Shown: piece by piece, positions 43,978 through 54,385 of the stretch
Position numbering within the stretch: the first letter of the stretch is position 1
How the letters are laid out: every line of letters starts with the position of its first letter
Assembly: GCA_963817955.1 (NCBI GenBank)
Contig: CAWFQK010000004.1
Location: forward strand, 1,440,001-1,504,000
Direction: 5' to 3'
Length of the DNA: 64,000 nt
Source of the DNA: an uncultured Gemmatimonadaceae bacterium
GTDB lineage: Bacteria; Gemmatimonadota; Gemmatimonadetes; Gemmatimonadales; Gemmatimonadaceae
Program-made: the position numbers and the translations under genes
The notes under the pieces: generated by a model
Databases searched by the model: none
Seen by the model: the letters and a program-made list of their open reading frames with translations, nothing else
What the model was told of the DNA's origin: nothing

Positions 43978-46322
43978 TCGCATCTGCGAACCATTCTCGC
44001 TATCGCGTGCATGTCACGGGCGTCGTGCAGGGTGTCGGCTTCAGGCCCTTCGTCCACCGTCTGGCGAATCGGCACGGGTTGGCGGGATGGGTCCGTAACG
44101 AATCAGGCAACGTTGAGATCGTCGTCGCTGGTGCGCCGACCGATGTAAGTGCCTTTCTGGCCGACTTGGCCGGGGAAGCGCCGCCGCTTGCCCGAATCGA
44201 TCGTATCGACACGGAACCGGCTCCGTCGGCCACTGGGCCCGTCACCGGAGACGGTGAAGCCGACGACGTTGCGTTCAGAATTCTGGCAAGCGTATCGGTT
44301 GAAGGACGACGGCAGCCCGTGCCCGCCGATGTTGCTCTCTGTGCGGCGTGCGAGCGCGAACTCTTCGACCCCAGGGACCGCCGCGTCCGGTATCCGTTCA
44401 TCACCTGCACCGATTGTGGCCCGCGCTTCACGCTCATCGAGGCGTTGCCTTACGACCGCGAGCGCACCGCGATGCGCCGCTTCACACAGTGCCCCGCGTG
44501 CCAGGCCGAGTATCTCGCGCCGCACGACCGCCGGTATCACAGCGAAACGAACAGCTGTCCCGTCTGTGGTCCGCTGCTCTGGGCGCGTCTTCCCGGCGCG
44601 CCGACCACGCGACCGGCGGCGGATGACCCATGTATCCGCTCGTCGCTCAGCCTCGCTGCCGCGACGCTGCGCGGCGGCGGCATTGTCGCCATTCGCGGTG
44701 TCGGCGGTTTTCATCTCGCGGTGGACGCCACGAACGACGGCGCCGTACGACGCTTGCGCGAGCGCAAACATCGGGAAGCGAAACCGCTCGCCGTCATGGT
44801 TCGCACCATCGAGGAGGCCGCTGCGATCGCTCGGATCGGTGCAGGCGAGGCCGACCTCCTGACGAGCCCGGAACGTCCGGTGGTGCTCCTGCCGTGCCGC
44901 CGTGATGCGATGATCGCCCCCTCGGTTGCGCCCGGACTCGCGACGATCGGCGTCATGCTCGCCTATACCCCGCTGCACCATCTACTGATTGCCGGCATAG
45001 AGCGGCCGCTGGTGATGACGAGCGGTAATCGCAGCGAAGAACCAATTGCCGCGTCGATCACCGACGCGGCAGCTCGACTCGACGATATTGCCGACCTGTT
45101 TCTGCTGCACGATCGCGAGATCGAATCGCCGATGGACGACAGTGTCGTACGCGTGCAGGGCGACCGCACGATGATGATCCGCCGCGCCCGCGGTTATGCG
45201 CCGCTTCCAATCAAGTTGCCAGCCTCGACACCGCTGCCCATCCTCGCCGTTGGCGGCCATCTCAAGAACACATTCACGCTGGCGGTTGGCGACGAAGCAT
45301 TCGTCAGCCCGCATCTTGGCGATCTCGACGGGCTCGAGACGCTCGATCATTTTCGGACCACACTCGATCGGTACTCCCGCCTCTTTCGCGTCATTCCGAA
45401 AGTGGTCGTGCGCGATCTTCATTCCGGATACTTGAGCTCCCGGATTGCCGATGACTTGGACGCCGAGCATCGTATCCTGGTGCAGCATCATCATGCGCAC
45501 ATCGCAGCCGTCCTCGGCGAACACAAACACGACGGCCGGGTCATTGGCGTGGCATTCGATGGCACGGGCGCCGGGGACGATGGTACAGTGTGGGGCGCCG
45601 AGTTCTTGTCGGCGACGCAAGCACACTTCTCGCGCGTCGCGCACCTGCGATGTGCGCCGCTTCCCGGCGGCGACCTCGCGGTTCGTTCACCCTGGCGATC
45701 GGCACTTGGCTACCTCTCCCTTGAACCGAGCCTGGCAGCGTCATTCGCCTGCGCCTTCCATGGAGTCGACGAACGTGAACGTCGGGCAGCCGAGCACCAA
45801 CTCCGTCGACATCTCAATTGTCCGCTGGCGTCGTCCATGGGACGGTTGTTCGACGCGGCTGCGGCTATTCTCGGAGTATGCAGGTACGCGCGTTTCGAGG
45901 GTGACGCCGCCATGCAACTCGAAGCGCTCGCCGGATCATCGAATGAACGTCTACTGCCCTTCCCCATCACCCGGGATGCCGCTGGGGACTTGCAGCTCGA
46001 TCCCTTGCCCTTGCTCGACGCGCTCGCCTGCGGGCTTCGCCGCGGAGTCTCCCTGGCGTCGCTCGCCGCTGCATTTCACGAATCGGTGGCCGCCGCCACG
46101 GCAGCCCTCACCGCGGACCTTTGCGACCTGACCGGCGTCGCCGTCGTTGCTCTTGGTGGCGGCGTGTTCCAGAACGCGCGGCTGGGTGCGTCGCTACGCT
46201 CCCGCCTCGCAGACAAGGGCCTCACGGTCCTGATGCCCACGTTGCTGCCCGCCAACGATGGCGGGCTCAGTTACGGACAAGCAGTCACCGCGACGGCAAT
46301 CCTCCGCGAACGCGGCGAGTAG
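43974..46322 (+). CDS. hypF: Carbamoyltransferase HypF
   Basis: GVVQGVGFRPF, two zinc fingers, QHHHAH, PANDGGLSYGQ. GTG 43974. Confidence 0.96.
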   Translation: MIASANHSRYRVHVTGVVQGVGFRPFVHRLANRHGLAGWVRNESGNVEIVVAGAPTDVSAFLADLAGEAPPLARIDRIDTEPAPSATGPVTGDGEADDVAFRILASVSVEGRRQPVPADVALCAACERELFDPRDRRVRYPFITCTDCGPRFTLIEALPYDRERTAMRRFTQCPACQAEYLAPHDRRYHSETNSCPVCGPLLWARLPGAPTTRPAADDPCIRSSLSLAAATLRGGGIVAIRGVGGFHLAVDATNDGAVRRLRERKHREAKPLAVMVRTIEEAAAIARIGAGEADLLTSPERPVVLLPCRRDAMIAPSVAPGLATIGVMLAYTPLHHLLIAGIERPLVMTSGNRSEEPIAASITDAAARLDDIADLFLLHDREIESPMDDSVVRVQGDRTMMIRRARGYAPLPIKLPASTPLPILAVGGHLKNTFTLAVGDEAFVSPHLGDLDGLETLDHFRTTLDRYSRLFRVIPKVVVRDLHSGYLSSRIADDLDAEHRILVQHHHAHIAAVLGEHKHDGRVIGVAFDGTGAGDDGTVWGAEFLSATQAHFSRVAHLRCAPLPGGDLAVRSPWRSALGYLSLEPSLAASFACAFHGVDERERRAAEHQLRRHLNCPLASSMGRLFDAAAAILGVCRYARFEGDAAMQLEALAGSSNERLLPFPITRDAAGDLQLDPLPLLDALACGLRRGVSLASLAAAFHESVAAATAALTADLCDLTGVAVVALGGGVFQNARLGASLRSRLADKGLTVLMPTLLPANDGGLSYGQAVTATAILRERGE

Positions 46323-46349
46323 TCGCATCTACCGACCAGGAGGCGTCAC

Positions 46350-46643
46350 ATGTGTTTGGGCATTCCGGGTAGAATCGTCGAGATCCGGACGGATCGGGAC
46401 CTCCTCATGGGTACAGTCGATTTTGGCGGTGTCCGACGCGATGCGTGCCTTGCGTATGTCGCGGACGACATCCACGTCGGCGACTACGCCATCGTCCACG
46501 TGGGTTTCGCGATCGCGAAAGTCGACGAAGCCGAAGCGCAGCGCACCTTCGCCGTGCTGCGCGAGATGAGCCAGCTCGACGAGATGGAATGGGTGACCGA
46601 GGCAATCCCCGCCGACGCGCCCACGTCGGGGCCACCTTCATGA
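46350..46643 (+). CDS. hypC: Hydrogenase chaperone HypC
   Basis: MCLGIPG, VHVGFAI, GGAGG RBS. Confidence 0.96.
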   Translation: MCLGIPGRIVEIRTDRDLLMGTVDFGGVRRDACLAYVADDIHVGDYAIVHVGFAIAKVDEAEAQRTFAVLREMSQLDEMEWVTEAIPADAPTSGPPS

Positions 46644-47770
46644 AATACCTCACTGAGTATCGCGACGGAACCATCGGTCGCGCCATCGCGGAGCGCATTC
46701 GGCAAACGGCAACGCGGCGGTGGACCTTGATGGAGCTATGCGGGGGACAGACGCACACGATCGTGCGCCAGGGCATCGATGAGCTGCTCGACGGCGTCGT
46801 CGAAATGATTCATGGTCCGGGGTGTCCAGTGTGCGTGACGCCGCTGGAACAGATCGATCGGGCCGTCCACCTTGCGGCACAATCGGGCGTGATCTTCACG
46901 TCGTTCGGCGACATGCTGCGCGTGCCCGGAAGCGACCGCGACCTGCTCCAGGTGCGCGCCCGCGGCGGAACCGTGCGCATCGTGTACTCGCCGCTCGACG
47001 CCGTGACGCTGGCAATCAAGAACCCGGACAAGCAGGTGGTGTTCTTCGCCGTCGGGTTCGAGACGACGGCTCCCGCGAACGCCATGGCCGTCTGGCGCGC
47101 CGCGCAGCTTGGCGTGCGCAACTTTAGCATGCTCGTATCGCACGTCACGGTACCGCCGGCGATGTTGGCGATTATCGACGCCCCCGACAATCGCGTGCAG
47201 GGATTCCTTGCGGCGGGGCACGTGTGCACGGTCATGGGATGGGAAGAGTACGAGCCGATCGCGGCCAAGTACCACGTCCCGATCGTCGTCACGGGGTTCG
47301 AACCGATCGACTTGCTCGAGGGAATTTGGCTCGCGGTACGGCAGCTCGAAGGGAACCAGGCGTTCGTCGAGAATCAATACGTGCGCTCGGTGAAGCGTGA
47401 GGGCAACGCGGCAGCTCGCGATCTCGTGTCTACGGTCTTTCGGCTCGCCGACCGGAAGTGGCGCGGCATTGGAGAAATACCCGCAAGTGGACTGGCACTG
47501 CGCGACGAATACGCCGATTTCGACGCCGAGCGTCGCTTCGCACTTGATGACATCGTGACGAATGAACCGATGGAGTGCCGCGCCGGCGACGTGCTCCGCG
47601 GTCGAATCAAACCCTACGAATGTTCGATGTTCGGCACGGCGTGCACGCCCGAGCGCCCGATGGGCGCGCCGATGGTGTCGACCGAAGGCGCATGCGCGGC
47701 ATACTTCAACTACGGGCGCAGTCGCCCAGTCACGGCTGCGGGCGCGACGGCAGCAAAGGAGGGAGCATGA
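46640..47770 (+). CDS. hypD: Hydrogenase maturation protein HypD
   Basis: [31 protein letters not shown] 46640. Confidence 0.96.
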   Translation: MKYLTEYRDGTIGRAIAERIRQTATRRWTLMELCGGQTHTIVRQGIDELLDGVVEMIHGPGCPVCVTPLEQIDRAVHLAAQSGVIFTSFGDMLRVPGSDRDLLQVRARGGTVRIVYSPLDAVTLAIKNPDKQVVFFAVGFETTAPANAMAVWRAAQLGVRNFSMLVSHVTVPPAMLAIIDAPDNRVQGFLAAGHVCTVMGWEEYEPIAAKYHVPIVVTGFEPIDLLEGIWLAVRQLEGNQAFVENQYVRSVKREGNAAARDLVSTVFRLADRKWRGIGEIPASGLALRDEYADFDAERRFALDDIVTNEPMECRAGDVLRGRIKPYECSMFGTACTPERPMGAPMVSTEGACAAYFNYGRSRPVTAAGATAAKEGA

Positions 47771-48828
47771 GCACCGCGACAACGTCGAACGGATTCACCT
47801 GTCCCGTGGGCGCGACGGCGCACGACTGTGTCGTACTCGGCCACGGGTCGGGGGGCAAGTTGAGTGCGGCCCTGCTCCAACACTACTTCCTTCCGCACTT
47901 CAAGAGTCCCGTGCTACGGCGCTTGGGCGATGGCGCTGTGGTGAACGCGGGGTCGGTCAATGTCGTGCTCTCCACTGACACGTTCGTCGTGAGTCCGCTC
48001 GAGTTTCCGGGAGGCAATATCGGATCGCTCGCAGTGAACGGCACCGTGAACGACCTGGCCATGATGGGTGCGCGACCGTACTACCTCACGGCTGGTTTCA
48101 TCATTGAGGAAGGATTGCCGCTCGAACAACTCGATCGCATCGTCCGGTCCATGGCGGACGCGGCGCGTATCGCGGGCGTCCAGATCGTGGCCGGCGATAC
48201 GAAAGTCGTGGAACGCGGCAAAGGCGATGGCTTGTTCATCAACACCACCGGTCTCGGCATGGCCGATTCGGAGTTTGCTCCGTCACCTGACGCAGTGAAG
48301 GCAGGCGACGTCGTACTCGTCTCCGGTCCAATCGGCGTGCACGGCATGACGATCCTGTCGACGCGTGAGGGACTGGAGTTCGAGGCCGATCTCGCGAGCG
48401 ACACGGTCTGCCTCTATCCGCTTGTGCAAGCGCTCAGCCGGGCGACCGGCGGCGCGGTGTCGGCTATGCGCGATCCAACCCGCGGGGGCGTGGCGAGCGC
48501 CATCAACGAGATCGCAGCCACCTCGCGCATTGGCGTGCTGCTCGACGAAGCGTCCATGCCCATTCCACCGGCCGTCGCCGGCGCCTGCGAAATGCTCGGC
48601 TTGGATCCTCTGTATGTGGCCAATGAGGGCAATTTCGTAGCGTTCGTGCCGCCGCAGCACGCCGATGCCGCACTCACCGCGTTGCGGAATCATCCCCTTG
48701 GGCGCCACGCGGCGCGGATCGGCACCGCGGTGAATGAGCACCCGGGTATCGTCGCCATGCGCACTGGGCTCGGAGGCACACGCATCGTCGATCTGCTGCC
48801 TGGAGACCAGCTTCCGCGAATCTGCTGA
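47767..48828 (+). CDS. hypE: Carbamoyl dehydratase HypE
   Basis: [20 protein letters not shown]-terminal PRIC. ATG 47767. Confidence 0.97.
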   Translation: MSTATTSNGFTCPVGATAHDCVVLGHGSGGKLSAALLQHYFLPHFKSPVLRRLGDGAVVNAGSVNVVLSTDTFVVSPLEFPGGNIGSLAVNGTVNDLAMMGARPYYLTAGFIIEEGLPLEQLDRIVRSMADAARIAGVQIVAGDTKVVERGKGDGLFINTTGLGMADSEFAPSPDAVKAGDVVLVSGPIGVHGMTILSTREGLEFEADLASDTVCLYPLVQALSRATGGAVSAMRDPTRGGVASAINEIAATSRIGVLLDEASMPIPPAVAGACEMLGLDPLYVANEGNFVAFVPPQHADAALTALRNHPLGRHAARIGTAVNEHPGIVAMRTGLGGTRIVDLLPGDQLPRIC

Positions 48829-48962
48829 ACCCGCGATCTCATTCGGCAAGGGTTTGCCGCACACTACGCGCCTTGCGGCCTGACTGTCGTCGATCTCCCG
48901 GACGGTAACTTGGGATTCCGGACCGGTAATGATCGGTCCGGTGGTTCTGACCGGAGTGTGTG

Positions 48963-49874
48963 ATGTTCACGAACTTTCTCGTCCCGCTCGACGGATCACC
49001 GCTCGCCGAGCAGGCGTTGCCGACGGCGGTATCGTTGGTGAAACAACGCCATGGCCGCCTCGAGTTGGCAGTCGTACACGAACCGGTTCCGTTCGATGGG
49101 CTGGAGGACGCGCCGTGGAACTCCATGAGCGAGTCCATGCAGGACCGCTATGTCACGGACCGTGCGGAGCAGCTTCGGACCGCATGTGAGGGCGTGGTGG
49201 GCTGCGCGCTCCTGCACGGCAACGCCGCTGATGAGATCTGCCGGCGAGCGTGCGATGTCGGCGCGGACATGATCGTCATGAGTTCCCATGCCCGCACTGG
49301 CTTGACACGCGCGCTCGCCGGCAGCGTCGCCGATGCAGTGATCCGTCAGGCGGGTCTCCCCGTCCTCCTGCTCCGCCAGCCTCAGGACGATCGCCCGGCA
49401 CACGCACCGCCGCTGGAATTCAAGAAGATTCTCGTGCCGGTGGACGATTCCGCGGAGTCCCGCGGCATCTTCGAAGCGGCCGCCGCCGTCGCCCGCCCGG
49501 GTATGACTGAACTCGTGATCCTGCGCGTCGTGCCGCCGGTGCACATCATGATGGACGCCACGTTCCCGTATGGGTACGTGTCCGGTCCGCCGGACGAAGA
49601 TGCGACGACACAACGCGTCGCCGACGCGGACCAGGAGATCGCCGGCGCCGCGATGGATCTCACGCAGCGGTCCGCATGCGCCGTGGATCGTCACGTCGTG
49701 GTGGCGGAACGCGCCGGCGCCGCCATTCTCGATTTCGCGCGGAAACATGACGTCGATCTGATCGCCATGACCACGCATGGCCGCGGCGCGTCGCGCATGT
49801 TCATCGGTAGCGTGGCCGACGCAGTGCTTCGCGGCGGTGACGTGCCAATGTTGCTGCTCAGACCGAAGGGCTAA
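48963..49874 (+). CDS. Universal stress protein, tandem USP domains
   Basis: LVPLDGS...MSSHARTG...GSVAD and ILVPVDDS...MTTHGRG...GSVAD. Confidence 0.93.
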   Translation: MFTNFLVPLDGSPLAEQALPTAVSLVKQRHGRLELAVVHEPVPFDGLEDAPWNSMSESMQDRYVTDRAEQLRTACEGVVGCALLHGNAADEICRRACDVGADMIVMSSHARTGLTRALAGSVADAVIRQAGLPVLLLRQPQDDRPAHAPPLEFKKILVPVDDSAESRGIFEAAAAVARPGMTELVILRVVPPVHIMMDATFPYGYVSGPPDEDATTQRVADADQEIAGAAMDLTQRSACAVDRHVVVAERAGAAILDFARKHDVDLIAMTTHGRGASRMFIGSVADAVLRGGDVPMLLLRPKG

Positions 49875-50035
49875 GCGGGACACGGGTGGAACTCGAAACT
49901 CGTCGACCGGTGGGCCGACTGCTACGGAGCAGCCAGCGACATCCAGCCAGAATAGAGCCCGGAGCCCAATCCCCGCCTCACGATCGGTACGAGAAAGCAT
50001 GCATGCTCGACAACGCGAAGCCGTGTCCCTTATCC

Positions 50036-50692
50036 CTACGCGATCACGGCGAGGTCGTCCTCGACCATACTCACGCCAGGCGCGCCCCACGCAGCGGCTT
50101 CGGCATCCTTCCGCTCGGTGAACGAGTGCACCGTGCCGCGAAGTGTGACCTTTCCTTCATGCGTTTCGACTCTGATGTTCTTGGCGTCGAGCTCTGCATG
50201 ACGCTTGAGTGCGGTCTCGACACGCGCCTTGATGTCCGACGTCGTAACACGCGGTGTCAGCTTGACGACGTTTGTCACGCCCTTGACGCCGGTCAAGTAC
50301 CGGACGGCGCGCTCGGCGGCAATGCGCTGGTACTGCCACTCGACCTCGCCCTCGAGCCAGATCCATCCGCCCTGGACGCGAGCCTTCACCGCGGGCACCG
50401 GCACTTCCACGTCCCAATCGAGCGCGTTGGCCGCCGCGTGAGCGATCTCGGTATCCGTCCTCGTGGTCGATGACGGAATTTTCACATGGATATCCTCGGC
50501 GATGGCGCGAATGCCGGCGACACGTTCAGTCGCCTTCAAGGCGGCGAATCGCTTGGCGAAGCTCTCGACCTCGCCAGACAATGTGACCACCGCGTCATTG
50601 ACCGCCACACCAATCTCGGCCTGGCCAACAGCAGGATCCCACTTCAGCTCATCCATGATGTCGCGCTGGAGCATGGAGTCGGTCTTGAACAT
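50036..50692 (-). CDS. Triple BON-domain (OsmY-like) protein
   Basis: Three BON repeats (VTLSGEV, IWLEGEV, VTLRGTV...APGVSMVEDDL). No signal peptide. Confidence 0.93.
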   Translation of the reverse strand: MFKTDSMLQRDIMDELKWDPAVGQAEIGVAVNDAVVTLSGEVESFAKRFAALKATERVAGIRAIAEDIHVKIPSSTTRTDTEIAHAAANALDWDVEVPVPAVKARVQGGWIWLEGEVEWQYQRIAAERAVRYLTGVKGVTNVVKLTPRVTTSDIKARVETALKRHAELDAKNIRVETHEGKVTLRGTVHSFTERKDAEAAAWGAPGVSMVEDDLAVIA

Positions 50693-50766
50693 ACGTCCCC
50701 CTGATGCAGTATGGGTCGATCATCCCCGAGCATTACCAATGTCGATGCGCCCCTCGCACCTGGTCA

Positions 50767-50803
50767 TCAGGCAAGCCTTGGCGGACGGTAGGATTCTCTC
50801 CGG
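50767..50803. promoter_or_regulatory. Tandem putative regulator boxes between the BON and CBS genes
   Basis: TCAGG-CAAGC-CTTGG (50767) and TAGGA-TTCTC-TCCGG (50789), 22 bp apart. Confidence 0.45.
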
Positions 50804-50897
50804 CGTGATTCACCCCACTCGCCGACAGACGCGTTCCACACGGGTTCTAGCTTGAGAACGAACGGCGCATGACGCGCCGCAACCCGGGAGTAGCGCC

Positions 50898-51341
50898 ATG
50901 CTCATCAAGGACATCATGACCCTCAGCCCAGTCGCGACGGTACTCGACGACTCGGTGATGCAGGCGGCGGAGATGATGCACGATTGGGATGTCGGTCTGT
51001 TGCCGGTCGTCGAGAGCCAGATCCACAAACGCTTGCTCGGTGTGATCTCCGACCGCGACATCGTCGTACGCTGCATCGCCGCTGGACAGTCAGCCTTCTG
51101 CCGGGTCGCTGATCACATGACGAAAGCGCCCATCGCGACGGTGTACGCGGAGGCCAGTGTCGACCAGGCCATCGACACGATGAAACGCAGGAAGGTTCGC
51201 CGCCTGCCGGTGGTCGACGAGAACGAAGTCGTCGTCGGGATGATCACGCAAGCAGACATCGCGCGCCACGTCGCTCCGCAGACCGTGGGCGAACTTCTGC
51301 AGACGATCTCCGAGCCGGTGGAGACGGAAGCGCGGGTTTGA
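50898..51341 (+). CDS. CBS-domain protein (Hrp1/Rv2626c-like)
   Basis: IKDIMT, VGLLPVV, GVISDRDIVVRC, VRRLPVVD..GMITQADI. Confidence 0.92.
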   Translation: MLIKDIMTLSPVATVLDDSVMQAAEMMHDWDVGLLPVVESQIHKRLLGVISDRDIVVRCIAAGQSAFCRVADHMTKAPIATVYAEASVDQAIDTMKRRKVRRLPVVDENEVVVGMITQADIARHVAPQTVGELLQTISEPVETEARV

Positions 51342-51359
51342 GGGTTTCTCGCCCTTCCC

Positions 51360-52601
51360 TCAGTACGGCACGTCCACCCCCGAGACCACGCGCCACGTAT
51401 CCCGCGCGATGAGTAGTTCCTCATCAGTTGGAATGACCCAGAGTTCCGTGCGGGAACCCTCCCGGTCGATCCGCGCTTCTGTCCCGCACGTTGCGGCGTT
51501 CTTCTCCGGGTCGAGCTGAATCCCCAGCCACTCGAGGCCGCCGAGGATTCTCGCCCGCACATCCGGTGAGTTCTCGCCGATCCCGCCGGCGAGAACGATG
51601 GCATCCGCTCCATTCATTGCCGCGAGATACGCGCCGATGTACTTCTTCACGCGATAGGCAAAGACGTTGATCGCCAGACGCGCGCGACGATCGGCGTGCT
51701 CCGACTCCTCGGCGAGCAGCTCACGCATGTCCGCCGTGAGGCCAGAAATGCCGAGCAGGCCGGATTGCTTGTTCAGCATGGCGTCGATGTCGCGGAGCGT
51801 CATCCCCTCCTTGATCGAGACAAAATCCAGGATCGCCGGATCGAGGTCGCCGGATCGTGTGCCCATCACGAGTCCTTCCAGCGGCGTGAACCCCATCGAC
51901 GTGTCGATCGAATCGCCTCCGACGATGGCGCATGCCGACGCCCCGTTGCCGAGGTGCAGCGTGATGATCTTCGTCTCCTCGCGCGACCGTTTCGTCAGCT
52001 GCCGGTACCGGTACGCGATGTACCGGTGTGATGTGCCGTGAAAGCCGTACCGGCGCACTCCGTACCGGCGATAGAACTGATACGGAACCGCGTACACGTA
52101 CGCGGTATCAGGCAGGCTGTGGTGAAACGCTGTGTCGAACACGGCGACTTGCGGCACGCCAGCGCCGAGCACGGCGCGCGCGGCCGCGATGCCACGGAGA
52201 TTGTGCGGGTTGTGCAGCGGCGCGAGATCGATGAGGTCCTCGACCCCGCGCCACACCTCGTCGTCCACCCGCATCGAATGCGTGAAGCGCTCACCGCCAT
52301 GCACCACGCGATGCCCCACTGCCTCGATCTCGCCGGCGCGTGTGATCGGCACGCCAGACTCGGCGCTCGTCAGCCACTCGATGACGTACTCGACGGCATG
52401 CGCGTGGTCGCGAAGCTGCACGCTCGTCTTGATTGGTCTCCGACCTTCCGCCGAGAGCGCGACGATGGCCTCGCCGCCGATGCGCTCCACCTGACCGCGC
52501 GCCAGCCGCCGGTCGCGGGCTTGGGCGATCGACGCCTCGTCGGTGTCAATGAGCTGGAACTTGAGTGTGGACGAGCCGACGTTGAGAACGAGAATGTGCA
52601 C
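51360..52601 (-). CDS. ackA: Acetate kinase
   Basis: [54 protein letters not shown]. Start GTG 52601, or TTG 52649. Confidence 0.97.
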   Translation of the reverse strand: MHILVLNVGSSTLKFQLIDTDEASIAQARDRRLARGQVERIGGEAIVALSAEGRRPIKTSVQLRDHAHAVEYVIEWLTSAESGVPITRAGEIEAVGHRVVHGGERFTHSMRVDDEVWRGVEDLIDLAPLHNPHNLRGIAAARAVLGAGVPQVAVFDTAFHHSLPDTAYVYAVPYQFYRRYGVRRYGFHGTSHRYIAYRYRQLTKRSREETKIITLHLGNGASACAIVGGDSIDTSMGFTPLEGLVMGTRSGDLDPAILDFVSIKEGMTLRDIDAMLNKQSGLLGISGLTADMRELLAEESEHADRRARLAINVFAYRVKKYIGAYLAAMNGADAIVLAGGIGENSPDVRARILGGLEWLGIQLDPEKNAATCGTEARIDREGSRTELWVIPTDEELLIARDTWRVVSGVDVPY

Positions 52602-52604
52602 GGG

Positions 52605-52653
52605 CGATGGACGATGGGGGACGAACAGCGAACAATGACCAACGAGCAACGAG
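52605..52653. repeat. Degenerate heptamer tandem array at the ackA 5' end
   Basis: CGATGGA CGATGGG GGACGAA CAGCGAA CAATGAC CAACGAG CAACGAG. Confidence 0.55.
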
Positions 52654-52659
52654 TCTCCA

Positions 52660-52833
52660 TCAATATGTCATCCCACGGCAACCTGTGCCCCATCGACTGA
52701 ATGCCGCAGGCCCGATGCGGCGCACCCGGCCCGCGAGCGGGCGCGTTCCGCCCCATTCGGCGATGTCCACCGTATCGCCCATTGCGATCCGCACCGCATC
52801 CGTCGTCAGGACGTCGGCGATGACCTCGATCAT
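52660..52833 (-). pseudogene. Fragment of a HlyD/membrane-fusion (efflux adaptor) gene
   Basis: IEVIADVLTTDAVRIAMGDTVDIAEWGGTRPLAGRVRRIGPAAFS resembles an internal beta-barrel segment of HlyD-family adaptors. Only 57 codons. Confidence 0.62.
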
Positions 52834-53735
52834 GTTGTGATGACAGGTGGCGGAACAACCAGCACGGGACATGGCCCCTCGTGCAAGACGCCAGTCAGGG
52901 TGCTGCCGAGCAACGCGGCGGCCAGCGCGCTGCTGCCGCGACGCCCGAGAACGATCATGTCCGCATCGATTGCCTTTGCCGTCTCCGCGATGACCTCGGC
53001 CGGCTTGCCATACGAGACTGCTGCCGCGACGTTCGCGCCCACCATACCGGCTGCCACGAGCTCGTTGAGCCACCGCACGCCATCGCGAGCCAGTTCGTCG
53101 CGAATCTCCTGCTCGGCCGCGGCATCCGTTCCCGCATGCGCGTATGACATCGAAGCGATGTGGCTATACACCGCGTTCGACAGCACATGGAGCAGCGTGA
53201 TGTCGGCGCCGAAATGCTGTGCCAGCTTCGATGCGGTGGCCAAGAGGGACGGCGTGATGCTCGCGTCTTCCACCGGGACCAGCAGCTTCCGAACGCGCCC
53301 AGGACGCGGTTTCGCCATGATCAGCACGGGCACCGCCGCATTGCGCACGAGGCGATCGGCGGTCGTGCCCAGCCAGCTGCCGCCGCCCTTTCGTTCACCA
53401 TGCTGGCCGACGACGATCACGTCGGCAGTCACATCGCGCGCCAACTCGCCGAGTACTTCGTACGGCGCGCCCACGCGTGTCTCCGTGCGGATCGGTGACG
53501 CACTGAGAAACGTCGTCACGTCGGCGAACTGGCTCGCGGCGTAGGTTTCGGCGGCGCCGATCATGTCGCTGCGCGACGGCAGCTTGGCTGCGGCGAACGT
53601 GGGCGTGTGCGGTACGTCGATCACATGCGCGAGAATCAACTCGGCATCAGGCGCGACGTACTGCGCAATCCACTTCGCCGCGTCGATTGCCGGCTCGCTG
53701 AAGTCCATTCCGATGAGCACCCGGTTCCATGTCAT
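52830..53735 (-). CDS. Universal stress protein, tandem USP domains
   Basis: VLIGMDFS...VGQHG...LGTTAD and LLVPVE...LGRRG...LGST...PCPVLVVP. ATG 53735. Confidence 0.92.
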   Translation of the reverse strand: MTWNRVLIGMDFSEPAIDAAKWIAQYVAPDAELILAHVIDVPHTPTFAAAKLPSRSDMIGAAETYAASQFADVTTFLSASPIRTETRVGAPYEVLGELARDVTADVIVVGQHGERKGGGSWLGTTADRLVRNAAVPVLIMAKPRPGRVRKLLVPVEDASITPSLLATASKLAQHFGADITLLHVLSNAVYSHIASMSYAHAGTDAAAEQEIRDELARDGVRWLNELVAAGMVGANVAAAVSYGKPAEVIAETAKAIDADMIVLGRRGSSALAAALLGSTLTGVLHEGPCPVLVVPPPVITT

Positions 53736-53869
53736 GGGCCTACCCTCGTTGATGGGTGAGGACGGCGGTGGCGGACGGGTCCATTGCCGGACGGCCCACA
53801 CGACCGCACCAGACCACGAACATGCGCGATGGCGCGCGGCGCGTCTGTCCGTGCTTCGGCGGCCTGCGG

Positions 53870-53884
53870 TCAGGGAAGCCCGGT
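53870..53884. promoter_or_regulatory. Putative regulator box upstream of USP
   Basis: TCAGG-GAAGC-CCGGT. Confidence 0.45.
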
Positions 53885-53917
53885 GTTGTCCTACTGCCGG
53901 AGCCCAATCGCCGCGGG

Positions 53918-54373
53918 TCAGCCCCCGCTGGTCGCCATTCGGCCGGTGATCTCGTCGGCGAAGATGCGGAATACGCTTGTCCGGTGTGGCGTCGCGTCGC
54001 TGGCTGTCATGGCCTCAGCGTCGATTTCGCGCAGCAAGTCGAGCGCGCGTTCGTACGCCTCCCTATCCCTGTCTCCGCCACCTGGCTCGAGAAAATACAG
54101 CGTGCCGTGCGCCACGACGCTGCGCCAGTCGAAACGCCCCTCGATCTCGTCGACTTGGAACGCCACCCAGGGATGGTGCCGGACAGCAACGAGTTTGGTG
54201 CCTGGCGACGTGCGCCCGTAGATGCAGCCTTCGGCGAACACGTACGAGATCGGTTCCACATCCACACGGTCATGGAAGCTGAACGCCAGTCGTCCAATAT
54301 GATGTCGCTCCAGCAGCGCCACGCACTCGCCACGCGAGAGATCGCTGAACTCGGGTCGATTGGTGCGAGCCAT
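53918..54373 (-). CDS. Pyridoxamine 5'-phosphate oxidase-like flavin-binding protein
   Basis: LSRGECVALL..GRLA, GTKL, VAFQVDE...WRSVVAHG, ITGR. Confidence 0.9.
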   Translation of the reverse strand: MARTNRPEFSDLSRGECVALLERHHIGRLAFSFHDRVDVEPISYVFAEGCIYGRTSPGTKLVAVRHHPWVAFQVDEIEGRFDWRSVVAHGTLYFLEPGGGDRDREAYERALDLLREIDAEAMTASDATPHRTSVFRIFADEITGRMATSGG

Positions 54374-54385
54374 GTTGCCTCCACG

